Assembly: GCA_963787835.1 (NCBI GenBank)
Contig: CAWBEI010000001.1
Location: 1-64,000, forward strand
Origin: Ignavibacteriota bacterium
Lineage (GTDB): Bacteria; Bacteroidota; Ignavibacteria; Palsa-1295
Length of the DNA stretch: 64,000 nucleotides
Reading direction: 5' to 3'
The notes beneath the pieces are model-generated. The model made no database searches, had not been told where the DNA came from, and saw only the letters and a list, made by a program, of their open reading frames with translations. The position numbers were made by a program, and so were the translations under genes. This document shows, one piece after another, positions 27,236 through 36,899 of the stretch. How positions within the stretch are numbered: position 1 is the stretch's first letter; each line of letters begins with the position of its first letter.

Positions 27236-29827
27236 ATGAAACGCACAGTACAGTTCCTGGTAGCAAGTGTATTAGTACTCGGTCTCACAACATTCGCTTC
27301 GGCACAGACCCGAGGTATTTCCGGTGGGGCGCTCGTGCTCGATGATCTTCACGGTGACTTCATGACGCTGACGACGCCACTCTATGGCTCGCCAGAGTGG
27401 GAAGCCTGGGCGTTCGAGGGTTTTCCGAACGTGTGGTATGCTCCGGTTCCACCGGCAAACGGCGCGCAAGATGCGTTCATCTATTCGGGACCGATCCCTG
27501 CGTATGGTACGGGTTCCATCAACCCGCCATTGATCGCGTATTGGGTTCCACCGGGAGTGCAGGGTGTCAATAATATCGGCGGCGCAGCCGGTGCGTGGGA
27601 TTACGCTACTGCCGGTCAGCTTGGGATCAGCGGAGCGGGTGATAACCTCGCACAATACGTCATCCCAATGAGCGATGGTGCCGGTGACTGGATTGCTTCC
27701 AGCCTCACCGATAATGGCACGACGGTTAACACACCTGAGGATATATCGCCGAACACCCTTACCTTGCCGAATCTTTACACATTTAGCTCACCGTCGCAAA
27801 ACGACCTTAGCTTGACGAGTATCGATAACACGTTCAATCTTCATTTGAATACAGATGCCACAGATGGCCCGGGTGCAGGCCAATTCAATATTTATTTTTC
27901 CGGCAATGGAAGCCCGACCTTTTCTGTGCTTGACGATGCTGTCCAGCTTGATGGCGGCGGCGAAGAGCTTGATCTTAATGGCGACGCTGGTACTGGGGGT
28001 GAATTCCTCGAAAGCCAGGGTGGTGGTTTTACCCCGATCTGGGCGACTGCTGTTACCGAGGTTGATGCAGGAACCGGTTTGACCGGCGGTCCGATCACCA
28101 CGTCGGGTACTCTTTCGATCGCGAATTCAGGCGTAGAAGCCGGTACGTACGGTGATGCGACGGATGTTGGGCAATTTACGGTCAATGCCCAAGGCCAAAT
28201 TACCAGTGCGAGTGACGTGAGCATTCTGCTTCCGAACGCGAATCTTGTTAATCCAGGCTTAACGATCAATACAGGCGCTGGGCTTACTGGCGGTGGTGCG
28301 GTTGCGCTCGGTGGTTCGCTCACGCTTTCGATACCTGCGGACGGCGTGACGAATGCAATGCTTCAACATTCGAGCTTAACGGTGACATCGGGCACGGGTC
28401 TTTCCGGTGGCGGCGCGATCTCACTTGGCGGTTCGGGAACCTTGAACATTGCCAATACCGGTGTGAGTGCTAACACATACGGCGATGCAACGCATGTTGG
28501 TTCGTTCACGGTCAATGCACAGGGACAGCTTACGAACGCGGCTAGCACAAGCATTCTGCTTCCGAATGCGAATCTCGTAAACTCCAGCTTAACGGTAGGA
28601 ACAGCGGCAGGTAGCGGGCTTTCAGGCGGAGGCGCCGTATCGCTCGGTGGTTCGCTTGCACTTTCGATCCCAGCAGGCGGTGTAACGAATGCCATGCTTG
28701 CAAACAACAGTTTAACGGTAACGGCAGGAACGGGATTGTCAGGTGGCGGTGTGGTTGCTTTAGGTGGCTCGACGACGCTTAACATTGCGCCAGGCTATAT
28801 CGGTCAATCCTCGATCACAACGCTTGGCACGATTACGACCGGCACGTGGCAGGGAACACCGATCGCCAACGCATATCTTGCAAATTCCAGCCTGACGGTT
28901 GGTACTGCGGCAGGCAGCGGTTTTACCGGCGGTGGTGTTGTATCGCTCGGTGGTTCACTCGCACTTTCGATCCCAGCAGGCGGTGTAACGAATGCGATGC
29001 TTGCAAACTCTGGCATAACGGTCACTGCGGGCTCTGGCTTGGGTGGTGGTGGCGCTGTTTCGCTTGGTGGAACAGTTACACTCACCAATGCCGGTGTGAC
29101 CTCGATCGCGGGCACTGCAAATCAGATCACTGCTTCAGCTTCGACTGGGGCAGTAACACTTTCCCTGCCGAACACCGTGAATATCGGTGCAGCAACACCC
29201 ACAGCGGGCCAGATCGGACTTTACAATGGTACCAATGCAAACCTTACCTCGATCAAGGCAGGCACGCCGGCGGCTGCGATCACGTACGTTCTTCCAACGA
29301 CCGCCCCAACGGCAGGCCAGGTGCTTTCATCGAGCGCTCCCTCTGGTGGTGTTGCGACGACGTCATGGACTACGCCGGCGAGTTCTGGCTTATGGGATGG
29401 AGATGTGTTGTTAGGAGCCGATTACACCAACACGACAACAACTCAATCGTCTATTCTTTCCTTCGCGTGTTCGGCATCGACGACCTATGAACTTGAGGGC
29501 TGGCTCGATGTCTCCTCCAATGCTTCACAGACTGGGGTGGGCCTTGCGCTCACTTCCGACGGCACGGGGTCTGTGGTTTCGCTTTTCACGAACGGCCCGC
29601 AAGATCTCACCGCATATGGAGGCAATGGTGCTACCGGAAGCGGTTCCTTGACACAAACTAATAATAATTATTTCAAAGTTTCAATGGAAGGCTTTCTCCA
29701 TTTTTGGGCACTCGTCAAATCTGGTACAGGAGCTACGACGATCAATTTGATGGGGGCTAATACCGGAACTCCTAATACTATGACGGTCTTTGCCGGGAGT
29801 CATATGTTCTATAGAGTGCAGCCATAA
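27236..29827 (+). CDS. Secreted fibre protein 4 (863 aa)
   Basis: Signal peptide ...FASA|Q; shared N-domain RGISGGALVLDD...GAWDYAT; six LANSSLTVTAGTGLSGGGxVxLGG-type units; beta-sandwich-like tip. Confidence 0.85.
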   Translation: MKRTVQFLVASVLVLGLTTFASAQTRGISGGALVLDDLHGDFMTLTTPLYGSPEWEAWAFEGFPNVWYAPVPPANGAQDAFIYSGPIPAYGTGSINPPLIAYWVPPGVQGVNNIGGAAGAWDYATAGQLGISGAGDNLAQYVIPMSDGAGDWIASSLTDNGTTVNTPEDISPNTLTLPNLYTFSSPSQNDLSLTSIDNTFNLHLNTDATDGPGAGQFNIYFSGNGSPTFSVLDDAVQLDGGGEELDLNGDAGTGGEFLESQGGGFTPIWATAVTEVDAGTGLTGGPITTSGTLSIANSGVEAGTYGDATDVGQFTVNAQGQITSASDVSILLPNANLVNPGLTINTGAGLTGGGAVALGGSLTLSIPADGVTNAMLQHSSLTVTSGTGLSGGGAISLGGSGTLNIANTGVSANTYGDATHVGSFTVNAQGQLTNAASTSILLPNANLVNSSLTVGTAAGSGLSGGGAVSLGGSLALSIPAGGVTNAMLANNSLTVTAGTGLSGGGVVALGGSTTLNIAPGYIGQSSITTLGTITTGTWQGTPIANAYLANSSLTVGTAAGSGFTGGGVVSLGGSLALSIPAGGVTNAMLANSGITVTAGSGLGGGGAVSLGGTVTLTNAGVTSIAGTANQITASASTGAVTLSLPNTVNIGAATPTAGQIGLYNGTNANLTSIKAGTPAAAITYVLPTTAPTAGQVLSSSAPSGGVATTSWTTPASSGLWDGDVLLGADYTNTTTTQSSILSFACSASTTYELEGWLDVSSNASQTGVGLALTSDGTGSVVSLFTNGPQDLTAYGGNGATGSGSLTQTNNNYFKVSMEGFLHFWALVKSGTGATTINLMGANTGTPNTMTVFAGSHMFYRVQP

Positions 29828-29850
29828 GAAGTAAATCGGAATTTTCATAT

Positions 29851-29878
29851 AGAGAGAGTGCTTTATAGCACTCTCTCT
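29851..29878 (+). terminator. Hairpin terminator after fibre gene 4
   Basis: AGAGAGAGTGCT-TTAT-AGCACTCTCTCT. Confidence 0.65.
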
Positions 29879-29939
29879 TCAGTTTACAGCATGTTGATAG
29901 TAAAAAGGAGTTCATAGAGGGTCTGGGTCTGCTCACAGG

Positions 29940-29994
29940 TTATCCACATAATTAGCGATTTTCTTGCACTCGCGAAAAAATTGTCGTATATTTG
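29940..29994 (+). promoter_or_regulatory. Bacteroidota-type promoter for fibre gene 5 with an adjacent perfect DnaA box
   Basis: TTATCCACA 29940-29948; CTTG (29963)-N20-TATATTTG (29987-29994). Confidence 0.6.
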
Positions 29995-30216
29995 TATCTA
30001 AGAAGGCTGACAATGGCTTTCTTGGCGACGGTCCGGAGTAGTATTTACGTCTTTCGGATCGTTATTCATCGAAATTGGTTTCGATTGCGGAAGCGGTTGA
30101 ACGGTTGCCTGACAGGGTCAGACCTTGGAAATCATGGTTTAGCTCTATTAGTATAAAAGTTTTTGGTTTTGGTTTTGAATTTGTTTTTTAACATTCATAA
30201 AGGACTACACACTCGT

Positions 30217-32730
30217 ATGAAACGCTCTTTGTTAATCCTCGTGGCCGGCGTATTCGCGCTCGGCCTGTCAACCACTGCTTCGGCTCAGCTCCGAGGCATT
30301 TCCGGCGGGGCTCTCGTCCTCGACGATTATCATGGTAACAGCATGACGCTGACCACCCCTCCGTATGGTTCCCCAGAATGGGAAGCGTGGGCGCTTGAGG
30401 GTTTCCCGAATACGTGGTATTCGCCGGTGCCGCCGCAAAACGGAGCCCAAGATGCCTTCATCTATTCTGGACCGATTCCGACCTACGGCACGGGTTCCAT
30501 CAATCCACCCTTAATTGCTTATTGGGTTCCACCGGGAATCACGGGCATTAATAATGTCGGCGGCGCAGCCGGAGCGTGGGATTACGCCACTGCGGGCCAA
30601 CTCGGTATCGGCGGGGCTGGTGATAACCTTGCACAATACGTCATCCCAATGAGCGATGGTGCCGGTGACTGGGTTGCTTCCAGCCTCACTGATAATGGCT
30701 CGGTGCAGACTCCTGAGGACTTTTATGCGAATTCGCTCAATCTGCCAAATTCGTATTCACTCTATACCCCTGGGATTGATAACCTTACACTTGGCAGCAT
30801 CGATAATACGTTCAACCTTGTGCTGAATACCGATAACGATGCACCGGGTGCTGGTCAGTTCAATGTCTATCTTGATGGCAACGGCACAGCCGCCATGTCC
30901 GTTACGACTGCTCAAACAACTATTAGCAGCCTCGGCACTGGCGTGGTACACTCGGATGCTTTCGGAGACCTCTCCTCGAGCCTGATCGTTAATGGCGATA
31001 TTACTAATGGCACGATCGCTAATAACAAGCTTGCGAACTCCAGCTTAACGGTAACGGCAGGAACAGGATTGTCCGGCGGCGGTGTGGTTGCCTTAGGTGG
31101 CTCGACGACGCTTAACATTTCGCCTTCTTATGCTGGTCAAACCTCGATCACAACGCTCGGCACGATCACAACGGGTACATGGCATGGGACACCAATCGCA
31201 AACGCATATCTTGCGAACTCCAGCCTTACGGTCGGAACAGCGGTAGGCAGCGGTTTTTCGGGCGGCGGCTTAGTATCGCTTGGCGGTTCCCTCGCGCTTT
31301 CGATCCCAGCGGGCGGTGTAACGAATGCCATGCTTGCAAACAACAGTTTAACGGTAACGGCAGGAACGGGATTGTCCGGCGGTGGTGTGGTTGCCTTAGG
31401 TGGCTCGACGACGCTTAACATTGCACCAGGGTATGCTGGTCAAACCTCGATCTCCACGCTCGGAACGATCACAACCGGCACCTGGGATGCTACGCCCATT
31501 GCCAACTCCGAGCTTGCAAACTCCAGCTTGACGATCGGCACAGCGGCAGGCAGTGGACTGAGCGGCGGCGGCTTAGTATCGCTTGGCGGTTCCCTCGCGC
31601 TTTCGATCCCTGCAGGCGGCGTAACGAATGCCATGCTTGCAAACAACAGTATAACGGTAACGGCAGGAACGGGATTGTCAGGCGGTGGTCTGGTTGCTTT
31701 AGGCGGCTCGACAACGCTTACTAATGCCGGTGTGACCTCGATCGCTGGCACTGCAAATCAGATCACGGCTTCTGCTGCTACCGGCGCCGTAACGCTTTCT
31801 CTGCCTGCGACGATCAATGTTAATACGAGTGGCAATGCTGCAACCGTAACTAATGGTGTTTATACAACTGGTAGCTATTCAGATCCAACATGGATCACCT
31901 CTATCAGCGGAAGTATCGTTTCTGGTACGGTTGCGAGTGCGACCACTGCTACGAACGCGAATAACGTGGCAACCACGGCAGTAACAACAAATGCGACCTT
32001 TTACCCGCTCTTTGTAGCTTCCTCAGCAAATGGCAATCAGGCCGTCGATCTTGATGCAAGCGGTTATGGGTATAATCCTTCAACCAATACACTCACACTT
32101 GGTGCGGCTGGCACGGCCACTGGCAACCTTTCATTGGGTAATGGCACAGGAGCGAACTATACGACGATTCAGGCTGGTGCTTCTGCACCTGCAGTAACCT
32201 ACATTCTGCCGACAGCGTTGCCCGGTGCGGCGAACGATGTACTTCAGGCTAACGGGACGACGAGTCCGGTGCAGCTTTCATGGGTAGCTCCTTCGGGAGG
32301 TGGAGGTTCACCATTATACAGCCAAACCTCATCAGTTAACACGGCTGCATATAACTACACGACAACGGCGCACATGGCTGGAGTAGGTGCCACGTTTAAG
32401 CCGAACTCCACAGGCCATATGCTTCTCACTATTACTGGTGATCTTACATGCACTGAGTCTTCATCCGGCCCGAGTATCACTGGGCAGGCTTACTATGGGA
32501 CAGGAACAGCCCCTGCTCAGGGTGCAACGGTTTCAGGCACAGCCATTGGCAGCTTGTGCGTTGTTTCTCCAATCGGAGGAGGCCACTCAGAAGAGGCGCC
32601 TTTCACGGTCTCGTATTATGGCACGTTTACGGTCGGCACTACCTACTGGGTTGATCTCGCTTGCACCGTTACGAACGCATCTACAGGCACCGTCAATAAT
32701 GTCGAGCTTACGGCTATCGAATTGCCGTAA
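30217..32730 (+). CDS. Secreted fibre protein 5 (start reassigned to ATG 30217), close paralogue of fibre 4 with a different tip
   Basis: MKRSLLILVAGVFALGLSTTASA|Q; N-terminal region nearly identical to fibre 4; five stalk units; C-terminus ...GTTYWVDL...LTAIELP. Confidence 0.85.
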   Translation: MKRSLLILVAGVFALGLSTTASAQLRGISGGALVLDDYHGNSMTLTTPPYGSPEWEAWALEGFPNTWYSPVPPQNGAQDAFIYSGPIPTYGTGSINPPLIAYWVPPGITGINNVGGAAGAWDYATAGQLGIGGAGDNLAQYVIPMSDGAGDWVASSLTDNGSVQTPEDFYANSLNLPNSYSLYTPGIDNLTLGSIDNTFNLVLNTDNDAPGAGQFNVYLDGNGTAAMSVTTAQTTISSLGTGVVHSDAFGDLSSSLIVNGDITNGTIANNKLANSSLTVTAGTGLSGGGVVALGGSTTLNISPSYAGQTSITTLGTITTGTWHGTPIANAYLANSSLTVGTAVGSGFSGGGLVSLGGSLALSIPAGGVTNAMLANNSLTVTAGTGLSGGGVVALGGSTTLNIAPGYAGQTSISTLGTITTGTWDATPIANSELANSSLTIGTAAGSGLSGGGLVSLGGSLALSIPAGGVTNAMLANNSITVTAGTGLSGGGLVALGGSTTLTNAGVTSIAGTANQITASAATGAVTLSLPATINVNTSGNAATVTNGVYTTGSYSDPTWITSISGSIVSGTVASATTATNANNVATTAVTTNATFYPLFVASSANGNQAVDLDASGYGYNPSTNTLTLGAAGTATGNLSLGNGTGANYTTIQAGASAPAVTYILPTALPGAANDVLQANGTTSPVQLSWVAPSGGGGSPLYSQTSSVNTAAYNYTTTAHMAGVGATFKPNSTGHMLLTITGDLTCTESSSGPSITGQAYYGTGTAPAQGATVSGTAIGSLCVVSPIGGGHSEEAPFTVSYYGTFTVGTTYWVDLACTVTNASTGTVNNVELTAIELP

Positions 32731-33200
32731 TGGTTCCGGATAGATTTGTAGTGAAACGGGTGCTCATAGCACCCGTTTTGCATTTTTGCTTGATTGTTTG
32801 CGTCCTCCTCGCTTGGGGTGGGATGCTGGCTTTGTTCAATGGTTGCTCGAGTTCACAGCCGATCGTAACACCAACTCAAGGTGCTATTAAGGCCCCGTTG
32901 GTACTTATGTCCGAAACGGATACGATACAGTCCGATAAAGAACTCGATGCATATCCGACGGTGCAGCATTTTATCAATCCCAGATCAGACACGGTCTTCT
33001 CTGTATTTCTTCCGTCGAAACAGGTTGCACCGGGAACCCTCCTCATTCTGATGTGTGATAATAAAACGATCACAACACCATACGTTAAAGTTCACTTCGA
33101 TCACGAAGATAGTATCCCTGCACTGCTTCTTTCCGGAGAGCAGACAAATATCTTCCTGTATGGGAGCGATAAGCGCTGGCGCTTGTTCGATCTGGAATAA
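32730..33200 (+). CDS. Probable lipoprotein with fibre-knob-like domain, coupled to fibre gene 5
   Basis: TAATG overlap; LALFNGC lipobox-like; VFLPSKQVAPGTLLILM...IFLYGSDKRW pattern. Confidence 0.6.
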   Translation: MVPDRFVVKRVLIAPVLHFCLIVCVLLAWGGMLALFNGCSSSQPIVTPTQGAIKAPLVLMSETDTIQSDKELDAYPTVQHFINPRSDTVFSVFLPSKQVAPGTLLILMCDNKTITTPYVKVHFDHEDSIPALLLSGEQTNIFLYGSDKRWRLFDLE

Positions 33201-33246
33201 TTGGCATTGCTGAAATTCGGTACTTCAGTAGATTTCCACATTAGTC

Positions 33247-36175
33247 TTAATGCGCCTCAAACCAGGTAGGGCCAATACCTGCTTCGACTTCGATGGGAAC
33301 CACCATCGGCATCGCATTTGACATGAGTGTCGGGATGATCTCCATCATTGTGTCGGCTTCATCAGGTACCACGTCGAACACGAGTTCATCATGAACCTGC
33401 ATGATCATGATAGATCGGAGCTTGCGGGATTCCATTGCGCCGTGAACGTCGATCATGGCGAGCTTCATCATATCGGCCGCGGTTCCCTGAATGGGCGCAT
33501 TGATGGCAGCTCGTTCGTCCGCGCTTCGCACCGCCTGATTGGATTCCGCAATATGTAGCATGTATCTCCGGCGGCCTAACAGGGTTTCCACATAACCATT
33601 CTGGCGCGCGAACTGAATGGTGTCATCCATATATTTCCGAATGTTTGGGAACGCGATGAAATATCGCTGAATGATCTCACTGGCTTCCTTCTGCGGAATG
33701 CCAATATTGCGAGCCAGCCCGAAAGCGCCAATGCCATACATGATGCCATAATTCACGCCCTTGGCTCTGCTTCGCATGTCTCTTGTTACCTCCTCGAGCG
33801 GTACACCATAAACACCTGCGGCCGTTCTTGTGTGAATATCTACGCCATTGGCAAATGCCTCTATGAGTCCCGGGTCGCGGGTCACGTGCGCCATGATGCG
33901 CAGCTCGATCTGGGAATAATCTGCCGATAGAATTTGCCCGCCTTTGAACCGGGAGACGAATGCTTTGCGAATGTCTCGCCCCATCTCCGTACGAATGGGA
34001 ATGTTCTGTAGATTCGGATCGGTCGATGAAATGCGTCCTGTTGCGACGACCGCCTGATTGTAGCTTGTGTGTACCATCCCTGTTTTAGGATTTACCAGCT
34101 TTGGCAGAGCATCGACGTACGTTCCACGCAGCTTTTGATATTGCCTGTACGCGAGCAGCGCTTCAGCGATGGGATGCTCGTGGCGAAGGTCTTCCAGCAC
34201 GGCAGCATTCGTGGAAAATCCAGTCTTCGTTTTCCTTCCGGATTTTAGTCCAAGTTTTACGAAGAGGATCTCCTGTAACTGCTTCGGGGAGTCGATATTG
34301 AATGGGCCACCGGCATGCTCGTAGATCTGCCGGCACAGGTTATCGGCTTCGCGCTCCATTTCCTTGCTTGCAAGTGCGAGGCGTTCGGAATCGATCTTCA
34401 CCCCACTATATTCCATTTTCGTCAGCACTTCGACGAGCGGGAACTCAACTCGTTCACACAGTTCCCATATTCTTTCAGTTTCTTTCAGTTTAGGTTCGAG
34501 CGCATGTTTCAGTCGAAGCGTGACGTCGGCATCTTCGGCACCGTATTCCGCAAGTTTTAGTGTTGAGGCAACAGCCATTGAGCGCCGAGCGGAGCCATCT
34601 TTCAGCGCCCCTACCACCTCGCTCAGCGCAACGGGGTTGTACTTCAAATGTTCGATCGAGAGTGCATCCATAGAGTGGGGGCCATCGAAGCGATAGAGAT
34701 AGGACGCGATCATCGTATCGAATGTCATCGGGTGAAGAGTGACGCCAAGATGCTGAAATATCAATGCATCGTATTTGATATTCTGTCCAACTTTTGCTAT
34801 GTTCGGGTTTTCGAGGATCGGTCGAAGGACTGATATAACTTCTTGCGCTTCGAGGCCCATGGTCATTGCATTCTCCGTGGCGGCTGTTTGCGCGAAGAGG
34901 GAAGTGGCATCGGCGTCCGAGCCTATGTCCGGCAGGCGAATGGGAATGTAAAAAGCCTCGTATGGCTTGACTGCGAAGCTGATACCAATAAGCTCGGCGG
35001 AGTTTGCATCTAGTCCGGTCGTTTCTGTGTCGAGGCAGAATTCCGTCACGGATCCGAGTAGCTTTGATAACTCTCGAACGCCTTCGATGGTCTTGACCAA
35101 CACATAGGCGTGAGGTGTAGAATGGATATCCTGAAATTCACCTGCAGGGCCTTCCGCAAAATCGAAAGATTCGAGTTCTTCTTCCTCTGTTCGCTCGGCT
35201 GGTGCGGAGGCTTCCTTCGGTGCAAGTGCTGCTTCGAGTGCTTCCGGGGATTCAGCTTTCAGCAGATTCTCTTTTTCTTTATGGACTCTGTTCGCAAGGG
35301 ATTTCAAACCCAAGATCGAGCGTAAGGCTTCCAAGAGCGTCAAAATCGGGCAGCACGCCGTAGGATAATTCTTCTATAGAAATGGGTAGCGGTACGTTGC
35401 AATCGATCGTTGCAAGCTCATAGGAAAGGAATGCGTTGTCACGCTCGTTCGATAATTTTTCACGGACGCCCTTCTTTTCCACCTCATTGAGATGATTATA
35501 CAGTTCCTCAAGGGAGCCAAACTTCTGTAGCAAGGGCGCAGCAGTTTTTTCGCCGATGCCGCGGACTCCGGGAATGTTATCGCTGGTATCTCCTACAAGC
35601 GCAAGATAGTCGATGATCTGATTCGGTTCGAGGCCATATTTTGCGCGAACAGCTTCGATATCGAATATCTCCATCGCATTGCCATCACGGGATGGGCGCA
35701 GAAGCTTCACATTCTCATTGACGAGCTGGCAGAAGTCCTTATCTGGTGTGACGATCAGGGATTCAATGTGGTGTTCTGTTGCTGAGCGAGCAAGCGTGCC
35801 GATAATATCGTCAGCCTCGTACCCTGGAAATTCGATGAGTGGAATGCGAAAGGCTCGGACCAGCTCCTTGATCTTGTCGATCTGCGGAATAAGATCCTCC
35901 GGCATTGCCTGACGGGTTGCTTTGTAGGCTTCGAATTTCTCATGTCGGAACGTCGGCTGAGGCGTATCGAAACACACAGCGGCATGCGTAGGCGTGTGGT
36001 GATCCAAGAATTGGAAAATAGAACTCATGAAGCCATAGACGGCGCTCGTGTTCTCCCCGCGGGCGTTGGTCAGTGGATGCGCGACAAAAGCAAAATACGA
36101 CCGATAGGCGAGCGCCATCGCATCGAACAGCACGATCAGTGGCTTGCCGTTGGAATCATATTTTGGTAATTTCAT
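33247..36175 (-). CDS. polA: DNA polymerase I, split by a single-base frameshift near 35305-35308
   Basis: 35279..36175 is the 5'-3' exonuclease (EADDIIG, DKD, GDTSDNIPGVRGIGEKTA); 33247..35343 is the 3'-5' exonuclease (LDTETTG) plus polymerase (SADYSQIELR, VHDEL). Confidence 0.93.
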
Positions 36176-36861
36176 AATAATGCTTTCTCTGGAGTAACAG
36201 TAGGAACTTCAACGAACTTGAATCGTGCATCGAACTTGCCACCAGCATATTTCATGCAGCATGGCCGGCAGGCATAACGTAAAGCGCGGCGGGTCCGATA
36301 GCGATATTCTTTGTTGCAATGTGGGCAACGTACCCGGACTCGATAATGCTCCGCAAGAAACTTCTCCCGTTTCGCGCGCAACAGGATCGTCATCGGAGCT
36401 TTTCTGCCGGATCCTCCGATCGTTTTCAATACTTTGTAAAAACGCGGCGCGTGCGATTGCACCACAATGTGCGCGATCTCATGAAGCAGAGTTTCAAAAA
36501 ATTCCAGTTCGCCATGCTCGACGGTCATTGCGAGCGAGATGCCAATAGTATGTCTGGTCTTGTTGTAATACCCTCCGGTCGAGCGGTTGCAAAAGAGGAT
36601 CTTCGGACGAATAAGTGTATCGAAGAAATGCTTCTTATTTATTTCATCGAATTTCTGGTAGCCTTTTGCAAGAAGCCCACTTAGCCGGAAATGCCAGTAA
36701 AAATCGTTATCGAGATCGAGTGTGGATGCTTCAATTCCGTGTTTGGCCAACGCTCGGCGGTAGGAGTGCAGCAATTCCAGCTCCGATCGCTCCGTTTGCG
36801 AACGAGGGGATTTCTTTTTGACCTGTTTTCGGGGAGCCAGCAGTCTTTTTAGAGCGTTCAT
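36172..36861 (-). CDS. SprT-like zinc metalloprotease
   Basis: ETLLHEIAH...H...F and C-terminal CPHC/CRPC zinc ribbon; overlaps the polA start by 4 nt. Confidence 0.8.
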   Translation of the reverse strand: MNALKRLLAPRKQVKKKSPRSQTERSELELLHSYRRALAKHGIEASTLDLDNDFYWHFRLSGLLAKGYQKFDEINKKHFFDTLIRPKILFCNRSTGGYYNKTRHTIGISLAMTVEHGELEFFETLLHEIAHIVVQSHAPRFYKVLKTIGGSGRKAPMTILLRAKREKFLAEHYRVRVRCPHCNKEYRYRTRRALRYACRPCCMKYAGGKFDARFKFVEVPTVTPEKALL

Positions 36862-36899
36862 AGTCTATACTATCTTAAAACTATACTTTCTCTTTTGTA

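Noticed and set aside
10864-31751. Many antisense ORFs (e.g. MFAIVVASPTFVTSP..., MFVPERFEPV...)
   Set aside because: Shadow frames of the repetitive G/T/A/S-rich fibre genes.
27236-32730. Diversity-generating retroelement TR/VR pair
   Set aside because: Differences between the copies are not adenine-specific and no reverse transcriptase is present.
10003-33200. Prophage, tailocin or eCIS tail-fibre cluster
   Set aside because: No capsid, terminase, sheath, tube, baseplate, integrase or lysis genes; all fibres have Sec signal peptides, and host-type promoters precede two of them.
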